From Macrostomum lignano (taxonomy: Eukaryota): a stretch of 64,000 bases of DNA. The notes under the pieces were generated by a model. That model searched no databases, was not told the DNA's origin, and was given only the letters and a program-made list of their open reading frames with translations. Position numbers and translations under genes: made by a program. The DNA is taken from NCBI GenBank assembly GCA_002269645.1, contig NIVC01001307.1, forward strand, positions 1-64,000, in the 5' to 3' direction. Shown piece by piece: positions 44,451 through 54,991 of this stretch. The stretch's first letter is position 1. The number at the start of each line of letters is the position of its first letter.

Positions 44451-45994
44451 GGTGATGGTTAGAGCCGCTGCAGAATCAATATCAGAACTTGGCTACTGCA
44501 TTTAAATTCTTAACTTAATTCTTAAAGACTTTCATCTTAAACAGCCACCAACCAACCGCTCCGACAGATCCTTATCTGGCAGCATGTATTCCGGCTGTCA
44601 ACAACGACAGAAACAGCTGTTGTCAAGTCGTTCAAAAAGTGCAGCAACAGCGGACGAGCTCGAATTTTTTAGTCCGAAACAGCAAGCAGCTTAACAAGAG
44701 CACATGGATGCAACAGTATGAATTTAGGCAAATTTTCATTTTAATTAATTTCAAAATAAATAAGATACAAAGGCAATTACTGTTTGCTTTGACAAGATCA
44801 AGTTTGATGCAGTTTCTTCTCTTATTTTCCGAAGAGAAAATAAAATAGAAAATGGAAAACCAATGTTTTATGCTGTTTATATTACTAGTATTAAGTAGGC
44901 GTGCTAGCAAAATAATTTAAATTTATCTATAAAGCAACAGGGGAAATAACTATTAGATTTCTTGTCTGAAATTTCATAAGGGACAGAGAGGGACACGGGG
45001 AACAGTAGGCAAAAGGCAAAAATTTCGACTGCAACCTGCACTCGTTAATTTGATTTAAAAATTAGCTGGAGACGCAAAACATTCCAGCATGTGCTGGATT
45101 ATATTACTTAATTAGTAGAAAAAAGCGGACATGAACGGTATAAATTATTTTGTTTCCGAAATATGGATTGGGTTTTATTGGCTTGTTTTGGCAAATGGCA
45201 GCACTACTTCTTGATCGTATATACACTACTACTGAAGTAGTTCAGCAGAACATGATTAACTGACAAGAACAAATTCTAACACACAATTAGCATCCCTATG
45301 AAAATAGTACTGCTTTGTAACCTGACAATTTTGGGGTGAGAGAAAGAGGAACAAGCATATTAACTGTCTAACACGATGTAATTATCTCAAGGCACAATTA
45401 AAACGTCAGTTTTTTCCAAAGGATGTTAGGCTAAAATATGTATATGTATGCATGTGTATATTGTTTTTGATCATTTAAAATAGACACGCATTCAAACGGC
45501 GTATTATCAGCATGCAAATTTATGCGGGGCATGGAAACACAAGGGTAACAGGGGAGGCAGTTTATGTATATATATATATATATTAGGCAACAATTTTTAT
45601 TCAACATTGTATAATGAACCGCTCCGCAGCTCACGAACTCGAGTGTGCATTAGTATGATTATATTCTCGAGTGCAGAAAAACAAGTAAGACCTGATTGAT
45701 TAAATTAATTTTATTGATAAATTAGCTTAACAAAGCAGAGTTTAGGAAAAAAATAGGGGATGTATGTTTAGTGAAGCACCCAGACTTATGGCTTGAAAAA
45801 GAGTGACTTTCCTGGGGGCCAACAACAATCGTAATTGCTTGTGAATCATCTAATTTATTTATAGTTATTTTGATAATAGAGTATTAAGTTGGGCCTCGCT
45901 CCAGAGCAGGAAAGTGCACTTCCAACTGTAATCTATGTATGCTTAAAACAAGATGGCGCGGGCTATCAGTTAAAAAAGTACATTGTGCTCGGGT

Positions 45995-48900
45995 TCAAAA
46001 CGTCTGCGACGAATTGCCTGGGCTGGTCGACTCTCCGACCCGCCGCTGCGGCTCGGCCTCGTCCGCCTCGTCTCTGTCGGCCATGATCTGGTCCTCCTGA
46101 CAGGCGGCAGCAATAGCGGCGGCCCGCTCGGTGCCAACTAGGCCGGCCGCCATCTGCAGAGTGGCCTGGGCCGACGTTGTCCGCTGAAATCCGCGGCCGC
46201 TAAGCGCCGTCTCGTTGCTAGTAGATTTGGCTGTGGGAGCCGCCGCAGCGTCCAGCTTGCCCTGCAGTCCGGCCACCGCTTCCGCCCACCTGTAGTAATA
46301 ATAATAATAAACTTTTACAACAATAATAATAGGCAATTCTGCCCATTGCACTGCTCACACAGGGTGTACAGTTGACCCTCATGGCCCCAAATGAATGTGG
46401 CCGCGCTCGGAATCGAACCAGGGTCCTACGCGTCTACCGTTGAGCCCTCTGCCCACCTGTCCGGACAGTCTAGCATCCGTTCTCGGACGTCCGGACACTG
46501 AGAGCTGGCCTCTACTAGCAGTTTAACGCAGCGATAGGCCCGTCTGGGGTCGAGCTGAGCGCCGGAGCTGATCAAGCCGAGTAGGCCGCCGTCGGACACG
46601 ACGGTGTCGTCGACATTTTCAACGCCGTAGAGCAGCAGACGGAGCCGGTCGGACTGCAGCTGGTCGCGAATCAGGAACAGCTCCTTTATCAGGTCTAGCA
46701 GCGGTCTCAGCTCGTTAACAGCCGTGTGAGCCAGCTGGGATAGCAGTGCGGTAGTCATATTGCGCGAGGCTATTAGATTAGCATTGCAGGCGTGCCGCAG
46801 CAGGCCGCTCATCGCTGGCAGGAGGCCGGCAGAATCGGCGCACACGGCGGCGCACAGCTGGCCAAGTAGGGCGGCGCTCCGATCCGAGTCGCTTAGCAAC
46901 CAGCGTTCCATACTAGGCGACAGGCGTAGCAGAGTCTGCTGCTGTTGCTGCTGGGCGAAACTGCAATAAGTTGGCAGGGCGCACAGTAGGCGATACAGCG
47001 GAGCCAATTCTCGATAGCTGGGCGCGCTCAACGGCTTGAGACTGTCCGGCTGTTCTGGAAACAGAAACTCGGCCAGACGGCCGAATGCATCCCGGCTGTA
47101 CAGCACCGAGCAGGCGCGCAGTCGGTGCTCGTCAACGAAGCCGCAGAGCAGTTGAAAGAAGGCGCCGCACTGGCCCAGATGGCTGGCCGCGGTGCCCAAC
47201 TGATGGAGCAGGTGATCCACGAACTGCTGCAGCTGCGGAGCGCCGATTTGATTGGCGCGAACTTGAAGGTCAAGCGACTCGCCTGCGGAGCGGAGGGAGG
47301 TTTAGGGGCGGTTTTTAGGTTTTAGGGGTAATTTTTGAGGTTTTAGGGACGATTTTTAGGACGCTTTAGGGCGATTTTTTAATTTTAGTGACGGTTTATA
47401 GGAAGCTTAATGGGCGATTTTAGTGAGGTTTTCAGGGGCGATTTTTAGTAAGGTTTTCATGGGCGATTTTTAGTAAGGTTTAGGAGCGACTTTTAGTGAG
47501 GCTTAGGGGCGATTGTTAGTTACATTTATAGGCGATATTTAGTGAGGTTTAAGGGCGATTTTTAGTGATATTTTAGGGGCGACTCTGAGGATGATATTGG
47601 GCTATTCAAAGGGCATGTTAGGAGCAATTGTAAATCAGTTCAATAACAGTCTGTCCCACCTAGAAGCCTGGCTACAGTTTTCCTCTGCTCAGGCATCGGG
47701 CACACGATGAGATGCTCAGCCAGGTGTCCGGCCTGGCAAAAGAAATCCAAGAAAGCGGCATTAGCCTGGGCCGGGCTGGCAGTGAGCAGGCGCATCAACA
47801 GCCGGTCCCAGGCGGCGTTCAGTTGCGGTGGCTGGCGCAAGCGCTTCTCGGTGCGCAGGAACACCTCGAATAGGAACATCATCAGCAGGCCGGCGGCTTG
47901 CTCGGCCAGCTCCGAGTTCGACGAAGACGCCGCCGCGGCAGCCAAGGGAGCCGACGTGGCCGGCGACGCTGACAGAGTGAAAACTCCGGCTCCGCCCGAC
48001 GCCGAAGCGGACGGAGACGAGGCGGCAACGGCAGCTGAAGCAACAGACGATGAGGCGGCCGATTGAACCTGCTGCTGCTCTGAGCTGGGCGGAGCTGCTC
48101 GATCCAGCACGGACTCGCACAGCCGGTGGATGAAGGTAAAATGAGCCTCATTAAGCAGGTCAGTCTGCCGATAGAAGGTGAGATTGGACTCTCTCACTGC
48201 GGCGGCAATGTGCGCCGGCATAGCGTCGGAGAACAGGCCGCGCTGTTCGCCTCGCTGCACCAGGGCGCTCAACTCGGCGATGCTGTCCCGCTGATGACGA
48301 AAGCTGCTGCCGCCGCCGCTGCGCCTGTTTATCGGCGTCTTCTGCTGCTGCTTCGGCATCGGCGGCGGCGGCGGCGGCGACGCCGGATCTTCTAGTAGAA
48401 GCGGCTGAGTGCCACCGCTGGACTGCTGTTGAGACGACTGCGACGGGCTGTCCCGTTCGTAAAACAGCATATAGGCGCTCCAGTACCGCTTGCGCTCCTC
48501 CGGCAGAAAGTTCTCCGTGCTCTGGAAGGTGCCGCCGAAGGCTTCGGATTCCAGCAGCTGGTCGGTGAGGTCGATCTGCTCAATGGTCTGGTCGTTCATC
48601 TTGAACCAGGCGTCCGGCTTGTCTGCAGGCGGGATTGAAACTGAATGGATTATCTAGGGGAATTAATTACTTATAGGTTTATCACTAAACAACAGTAATC
48701 CTCATGAGTGAACGATTTAGACATCCATAATGGAAACTACTTATCAATAATCCAAATAAATCAGTTACTGATGATAATCAGACGGATTATTAACTACTCC
48801 TACAATACAGATGGATTAACTACTCATCAAATATAACCCAGATGGATTAACTACTCTTCGATAATCCAGATGAATTAACTGCTCCTCGATTATCTAGAAG

Positions 48901-51843
48901 GATTAACTACTCATCGATAATCTAGATGGATTAACTACTTATCGATAATCCAGAAGGATTAACTACTCATCGATAATCTAGATGGATTAACTACTACTCG
49001 ATAATCCAGATGGATTAACTACTTATCGATAATCTAGATGGATTAACTACAACTCGATAATCCAGATGGATTAACTAATCGATAATCCAGGATTAACTAC
49101 TTATCGATAATCCAGAAGGATTAACTACTCATCGATAATCTAGATGGATTAACTACTACTCGATAATCCAGATGGATTAACTACTTATCGATAATCTAGA
49201 TGGATTAACTACAACTCGATAATCCAGATGGATTAACTAATCGATAATCCAGGATTAACTACTTATCGATAATCCAGAAGGATTAACTACTCATCGATAA
49301 TCTAGATGGATTAACTACTCATCGATAATCTAGATGGATTAACTACTAATCGATAATCTAGATGGATTAACTACTTATCGATAATCCAGAAGGATTAACT
49401 ACTCATCGATAATCTAGATGGATTAACTACTCATCGATAATCTAGATGGATTAACTACTCATCGATAATCTAGATGGATAACCTACAACTCGATAATCCA
49501 GATGGATTAACTAACCTATCGATAATCTAGATGGATTAACTACTAATCGATAATCTAGATGGATTAACTTCTCATCGATAATCCAGATGGATTAACTACT
49601 TATCGATAATCCAGATGGATTAACTACTTATCGATAATCCAGAAGGATTAACTACTAATCGAAAATCCAGATGGATTAACTACTAATCGAAAATCCAGAT
49701 GGATTAACTACTCATCGATAACCCAGATGGATTAACTAATTAACCAGTTATCTGGGTGGACAAATTACTACTTATGGTTAACACAATTGGATTAACTATA
49801 TTTATCGATAATCTTATTGAAAAAATTAGCCCAACTCACCGGGCCGACGCTCCCGAACTAGGCTATAATAATGCCCAGCGCTGGCCTTGCCAGAATGAAT
49901 AACAACACCAACTAAATTGTAGTTAGATGGCTGCTGCTGCTCCTGCATCTCCTGCTCTTTCTGCTGCTGCTGTTGCGGCCCGTCTGAGGCGCTGTCGCCG
50001 CTCGACGCGCCAGCAGCGCTAGCCATAAAAGGCCCCAATTCCACTCGCCTAGGAAAGCTAAAATATAAATCGGATTTCAGCGGCTGGCCGCGCAGCCAAT
50101 CGTAGTCGAATCGTTTCAAATGAAAGCACAGCACCGGAGGCAGGCTGGCTATTCTAGTTCGCCTGAGCGCTGTGACCTTCCGATTGCCGCAGCGTTCGCA
50201 CGAATAGGCGTTATCAGCTTGCATCGTTTCTCCGCGTACAAAAGCGTGCAGAGCGGCTTCCAGACTGCCGGATTGAACTGGCAGATGCAGGCCGTAGAAA
50301 TCTTCTTCAAGTTCGCAACGATGCTCGCACTGTTCGCTCTCGATCAGGTGCTTGAATCGGCCGCGAAAGAAGGCGCTTAGTAGGGGGCGCTTAGCCTGCT
50401 CGTCTGTTTGGTCAATCAGCGCCTGTTGGGTTGTTGGGGGTTCGGGACGATTAGCGAAGATAGGAGCGATTCTTGTGGGGCTATGGAGGCGATTCTTGTG
50501 GGGCTATGGAGGCGATTCTTGTGGGGCTATGGAGGCGATTCTTGTGGGGCTATGGAGGCGATTCTTGTGGGGCTATGGAGGCGATTCTTGTGGGGCTATG
50601 GAGGCGATTCTTGTGGGGCTATGGAGGCGATTCTTGTGGGGCTATGGAGGCGATTCTTGTGGGGCTATGGAGGCGATTCTTGTGGGGCTATGGAGGCAAT
50701 TCTTGTGGGGCTATGGAGGCGATTCTTGTGGGGCTATGGAGGCGATTCTTGTGGGGCTATGCAGGGCGATTCTTGTGGGACTATGGAGGTGATTCTTGTG
50801 GGGCTATGGAGGCGATTCTTGTGGGGCTATGGAGGCGATTCTTGTGGGGCTATGGAGGCGATTCTTGTGGGGCTATGCAGGGCGATTCTTGTGGGGCTAT
50901 GGAGGCGATTCTTGTGGGGCTATGGAGGCGATTCTTGTGGGGCTATGGAGGCGATTCTTGTGGGGCTATGGAGGCAATTCTTGTGGGGCTATGGAGGCGA
51001 TTCTTGTAGGGCTATGGAGGCAATTCTTGTGGGGCTATGGAGGCGATTCTTGTGGGGCTATGTAGGTGCAGCATATTTAAAGGCGATTCGCAAGGATATA
51101 CCTGAAAGAACGCGAACGCGTCCTGCTGCTCTCTCGGATTGACTTTCTCGCCCCACAGTGAGAAATTGGCCCACAATTGATCTGGCACGTAGTACTGCTG
51201 CTGCAGCTCCAACAGGTGCGCCAGCACCAGCTGCAGCTGGTAGAGGGCACCGTCGCCCGACTCGCTGCTGCCTCCGCCGTCAACGGAGCTGCCAGAGGCG
51301 GCGGTAGCGACAGTCGTTGCCGCCGTCGCAGTGTTCTGCTCGTCGCCAGCAGTCGCAGTAGGATCCGGCGTTGACAGTACAGCAGCTGCCAGGCCTGGCA
51401 CCATAAACAGCTGTTGCAGCACCGAATTCATATAGCAGGTGGCACCGCCATTTTTTAGGCCAACTAAACCGCATTGACCGCGCGGTTCGGGCGGCGCCGG
51501 CACCTCCCAGCCGTGGATTCGGTGCAGCGGCCGCAGGGCCAAGCTAAGCGCTCGAAGGCATCGGCAATTGCTGGCGCACAGCTGCAATAGCAGGTCGTAG
51601 ATGGCTGGCCGGGACAGTGGCCCGGCACGGCAGTGCGAGTCGGCCGGCATCAGGAAGGCGCCAATCAGCTGAGGCAGCAGCCGCTCGCCGGCCGAAGGGT
51701 CGGGCGGATCCGCCTGCCAGGCCGCTGCCAGCAGGCGCAGGTGACCGGCTAGCAGGGCGTCCTCCTCCTGCTGGCACTGGCAGGCCGCTGTCTGGCTTAG
51801 CTGAAAACCGGTTAGCCAGTCCTGCTCCACGCTGGCTACTCGC
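45995..51843 (-). CDS. USP24: USP24-like (USP9/24/34 group) ubiquitin carboxyl-terminal hydrolase, 3' five exons
   Basis: Exons 51843-51102, 50422-49840, 48622-47660, 47282-46457 and 46289-45995 splice in frame. Cys box GLKNGGATCYMNSVLQQLF, QQDAFAFF, His box HSGKASAGHYYSLVR, WFKMND, YWSAYMLFYER, DPRRAYRCVK and C-terminal SNET...FQRTTSAQ. The N-terminal exons are not in the window. Confidence 0.85.
46294..46450 (-). mobile_element. tRNA-derived SINE forming an entire USP24 intron
   Basis: B box GGTTCGATTCC, core CTGTACACCCTGTGTGAGC and (TAT)n tail; flanked by the 10-bp direct repeat GCCCACCTGT at 46284-46293 and 46451-46460. Confidence 0.85.
48830..49760. repeat. ~28-bp intronic minisatellite (GATGGATTAACTACTCATCGATAATCCA)
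   Basis: Tandem variable copies. Confidence 0.93.
50468..51060. repeat. 23-bp intronic minisatellite (GCGATTCTTGTGGGGCTATGGAG)
   Basis: About 25 copies. Confidence 0.95.
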
Positions 51844-51967
51844 CTGAGTGAGTAGTGCAGTTGGGGCGCGAGTTTAGATAATGAGAAAGAAAAAATAAAA
51901 AGCAAAATGAAATAAACAGTCCGACAGACAAACAGGCATACAAACAGGAGGACAGACACACAGTTTA

Positions 51968-52290
51968 AGGGGAGCCCAGCGGTCTAGCGCGGCGCTCTGA
52001 TGTGCCAGCTGCCCAGGCTAGATTTCAAGTGCAGTCACATTAATTTGGGGCTAAATTGGAACCTCGACTTGGGTTTTTCTCGTGAAATTAACGGCCTTGA
52101 GGCCAAATCCCCAAAGCACAGTGAAGTGTACATGAATAACGATAAATAAAGTTGGGGCCGCTGTACACTCCTGTGTGAGTGTGTGCCTGTGCATATGACT
52201 GCGTACGAGTCTGTGGAATGGGCAGTAATGCCTCTCGCCGGTTGTGTGACAATGTCGCCTAAATTGCGCCGGGGTGTACACAGCCCCTGC
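51968..52290 (+). mobile_element. tRNA-derived SINE, followed by a (GACA)n-type tract (52300-52496)
   Basis: Degenerate tRNA-like head, GCAGTCACATTAATTTGGGG and core GGGGCCGCTGTACACTCCTGTGTGAG. Confidence 0.65.
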
Positions 52291-52385
52291 GTCTAAGAAA
52301 AAAAGACACACAGACAAGACACACAGACAGACACACATACACTAAGACAGGCAGACAGACAGACAGAAAAAAAGACACACAGACA

Positions 52386-52418
<33 letters not shown>

Positions 52419-52496
52419 CACATACACTAAGACAGACAGACGGACACTAAGACAGACAGACAGCCACTAAGACAGACAGCCACTAAGACAGACAGC

Positions 52497-52765
52497 AGTA
52501 GTATAGAAAAAGACGCTTCTAGACCCAGAGCACTTTTTTAATTACCGTTTTAAGGGTCTAGAGGGGGGACACGGGGGGTAAATAAAAAAACACATCTAAT
52601 CACCCTTAACACATCCAATCACCCATAATCACCCCTAACAATAAAAATCAATCCCAACACTTCCAAACACTCCCCAATACTCCCCTCGCGTCCCCCCTCT
52701 TAAGACCTTAAAAACGGTAATTAAAAAAGTGCTCTGGGTCTAGAAGCGTCTTTTTCTATACTACT
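52497..52765. repeat. Terminal inverted repeat/hairpin: perfect 55-bp arms 52497-52551 and 52711-52765
   Basis: AGTAGTATAGAAAAAGACGCTTCTAGACCCAGAGCACTTTTTTAATTACCGTTTT and its exact reverse complement (checked base by base); imperfect pairing extends ~30 bp further inward. Confidence 0.95.
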
Positions 52766-52822
52766 ACTCTATAACCCCTTGCCCGCGCCGCAGGCGCGAA
52801 GGGTCTTTTTCTGTTACTAAAA

Positions 52823-53137
52823 ATGACCCGAGTTTACACCTTTTCTGTTAGTGATACTTTTGAGACTGTTGCTAAAAATGCAGAGATAATAAAACAACAT
52901 ATTTTGAATGGAATAATTGATGAAGTTTATTTAAAATATGACGACAAGCACGACCTAAAACTTTATCCATTAGAGCTAGATGAGATGTATGATTTAGAAC
53001 AAGAGGGTGAGTTAATATTTCAACTTGGAGATTATTTAAATTCGGATGATTGGGAGGTTAGATCAACAGATTCCGAATCAACAAATAGTTCATATGAAAC
53101 CAGTGATTCAGAGAATGAAAGTGAAATTTTTATGTGA
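52823..53137 (+). CDS. Hypothetical acidic viral protein (104 aa)
   Basis: ORF with TAAAAATG start and an acidic S/E/D tail; no motif recognised. Confidence 0.6.
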   Translation: MTRVYTFSVSDTFETVAKNAEIIKQHILNGIIDEVYLKYDDKHDLKLYPLELDEMYDLEQEGELIFQLGDYLNSDDWEVRSTDSESTNSSYETSDSENESEIFM

Positions 53138-53153
53138 AAAAAATATTTAAAAA

Positions 53154-53378
53154 ATGAACTATTATTCTATAACAGAAACGACATTTATTGTGAAAAATAT
53201 ATATAAAAAAATGAAGGTAAACTATTCCTACATCGGAAATGTTCCAATTAATGAACTTAATGAAAATTTAAGTTTGATAACAGTTGAACAAATGTCAATA
53301 ATAATATTAGTAACAATTATAGTAATAATATTGTTTTTGTTTGTAATAAAAAATTTACTACCATGTTGTCTTAAGTAA
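53154..53378 (+). CDS. Small viral membrane protein (74 aa)
   Basis: C-terminal hydrophobic helix IIILVTIIVIILFLFVI followed by PCCLK. Confidence 0.6.
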   Translation: MNYYSITETTFIVKNIYKKMKVNYSYIGNVPINELNENLSLITVEQMSIIILVTIIVIILFLFVIKNLLPCCLK

Positions 53379-53388
53379 CTGTTTGAAC

Positions 53389-54991
53389 TTAGTTCGCAGA
53401 CATTATCTGGTTCTCATAAAAAGAACCCAATATTTCTTCACCGTCCTTATCAGCAATTATATAGGTTGTAGGATTGGTATTTAAAACTTTACTGATAGTA
53501 AATTTCTCACTTATCTTCCAATATCCTTTTCTTCCTTTTTCAAACTTATCTTTCCATTTATAGATATAAACAGAATCACCAACCTTAAAAGATTTCTTTT
53601 TATTTTTTTCAAATTTTCCAAAAGTAACTTTAACTTTTTCAGGATTGTTATAAGCTTGTTGAGGAGTCATCTTTATAGCTGAATGATATGAATTGTTATA
53701 ATCTTTCACTACGTCTGGTAATATTTTTACCCACTTTTGGTTACCATTAAGACTAAACTGAAACCATAATTTCTTACCTAAAGTTCGATTAAATCTTTCT
53801 ATTAATGCGTTTTTACTCTCTCCATAAATAGAATAAATTTTATTAATATACTCCCCATTCGCGTCTTTTTTCCTTTCTTTTCCTTTTTCAAAATGATACA
53901 ATTTATACATATGAGGATTGTAAAATTCTTTTCCTTCATCAACACACAATCTTTCGCTTTTTTCTCCAAGACTTCTAAAAGCAGCAGCAACCTCCTCTCC
54001 CTTTTTGGATTTTAAAGGAACAGCCCACGCGTATCGAGTAAAACCATCTAATATGGTTAAGATATATTTATATCCTCTTTCGTTCGGCATCGACATTAAA
54101 TCAGCATACCAAATTTCATTCTTTTTGAAGTTCATGATTTTTCTATAAAATTTAGGTTTTCGATATTCTTTATGAAGAATCTTTGCCTCATCAGAACTTA
54201 ACCCACCACCACTTAATAATAAACACTCGACACAATTATTTCCATGTTGATTATAATTAATTCCCAAACCAAATTTAACTTTAGACTGCAAAATCTTTTT
54301 AACCATCCACCTAGTTAATCTTTGCCCTACCGATAATCCCTGCAAGTTATCTAATCCTTGAATCATTTTTTGATCGGCTTCATGTTTTAATCTTAATGCT
54401 TCCTCGGGCGGGTTCTTGTCAGCATCTCTATATGCTAAGTCGTGATAGTATGCTAACCAATCAATCCCATTTATTGGAATTGAATCAGATTTTGGAGTAT
54501 TGTCAGGATTTAATCGGAGATCGAGTCGAGTCAACCCGGCCTTTATACCTTTGCTTTCACAAAGGAGTAGACTGTGTCTTAAGCTATCATAAGGATTGAC
54601 TAAGTCCTTCAAGCCCACCAGCGTACAGTCGTTGCATCTCAACCATACTCAAGTCATATGAGGTTAGGTTTTCGATTCACTCTTGCCCATATATTTATCT
54701 TCAAGCTTGTTACCGTTGGGAAGAGGAGTTACCTCTGTTCCTTTGTAATCTTTCGAAAACAAAGTGGTACTTGAAGCTTTAGGGGATTGAGTGAGCGGCT
54801 GGTGTTGCCACTAATAGTGACTAGCAGTAGCTTTGCATCTACCACTCGGGCACAGCTCGAGCTCCACCCGCGAAGTTGTAAGATGGGATGTGTAATTCAT
54901 TTGTATACCTCCCAGTAGTAAAGATTGGTGGTAAGCTTGTTAATCCTTTTTGAACATCTAACAATCCTCCATCAAACACAAGTTGGTTCAT
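53389..54991 (-). CDS. PLA2 (parvovirus VP1u-like) - retroviral-type integrase fusion, 425 aa after group I intron removal
   Basis: Exon 1 54991-54866 encodes MNQLVFDGGLLDVQKGLTSLPPIFTTGRYTNELHIPSYNFAG. Exon 2 54540-53389 encodes AGLTRLDLRL...PINGIDWLAYYHDLAY...ADQKM (PLA2), then the DDE core WYADL / LCVDEGKEF / IERFNRTL and an SH3-like C-terminus FKVGDSV. The ORF-track start at 54642 lies inside the intron. Confidence 0.9.
54541..54865 (-). ncRNA. Group I self-splicing intron (IC1-like, 325 nt, no internal ORF)
   Basis: 5' exon ends in U and the intron ends in G. Helices: P1 CGGGU/GCCCG, P3 CACCAGC/GCUGGUG, P4 UCACUC/GAGUGA, P5a CUUCAAG/CUUGAAG with A-rich bulge, P5b with GAAA loop, P5c AGAGG/CCUCU, P6 AUC/GAU, P7 GACUGU/ACAGUC, J8/7 AAGAC, P9 CCUUUG/CAAAGG with GAAA loop. 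Excision restores the frame. Confidence 0.92.

Noticed and set aside
54543-54642. ORF-track N-terminus MRCNDC... of the 417-aa integrase ORF
   Set aside because: Lies within the intron core (P7/P8); the true start is ATG 54991 in the TAAAAATG context.
54541-54865. Spliceosomal-intron or transposon explanation for the PLA2 insert
   Set aside because: GT..AG removal (G|GTGGAG...AAAG|G) does not restore the frame; there are no TIRs, and treating CGGGT as a TSD gives a stop codon. The group I fold explains both boundaries.
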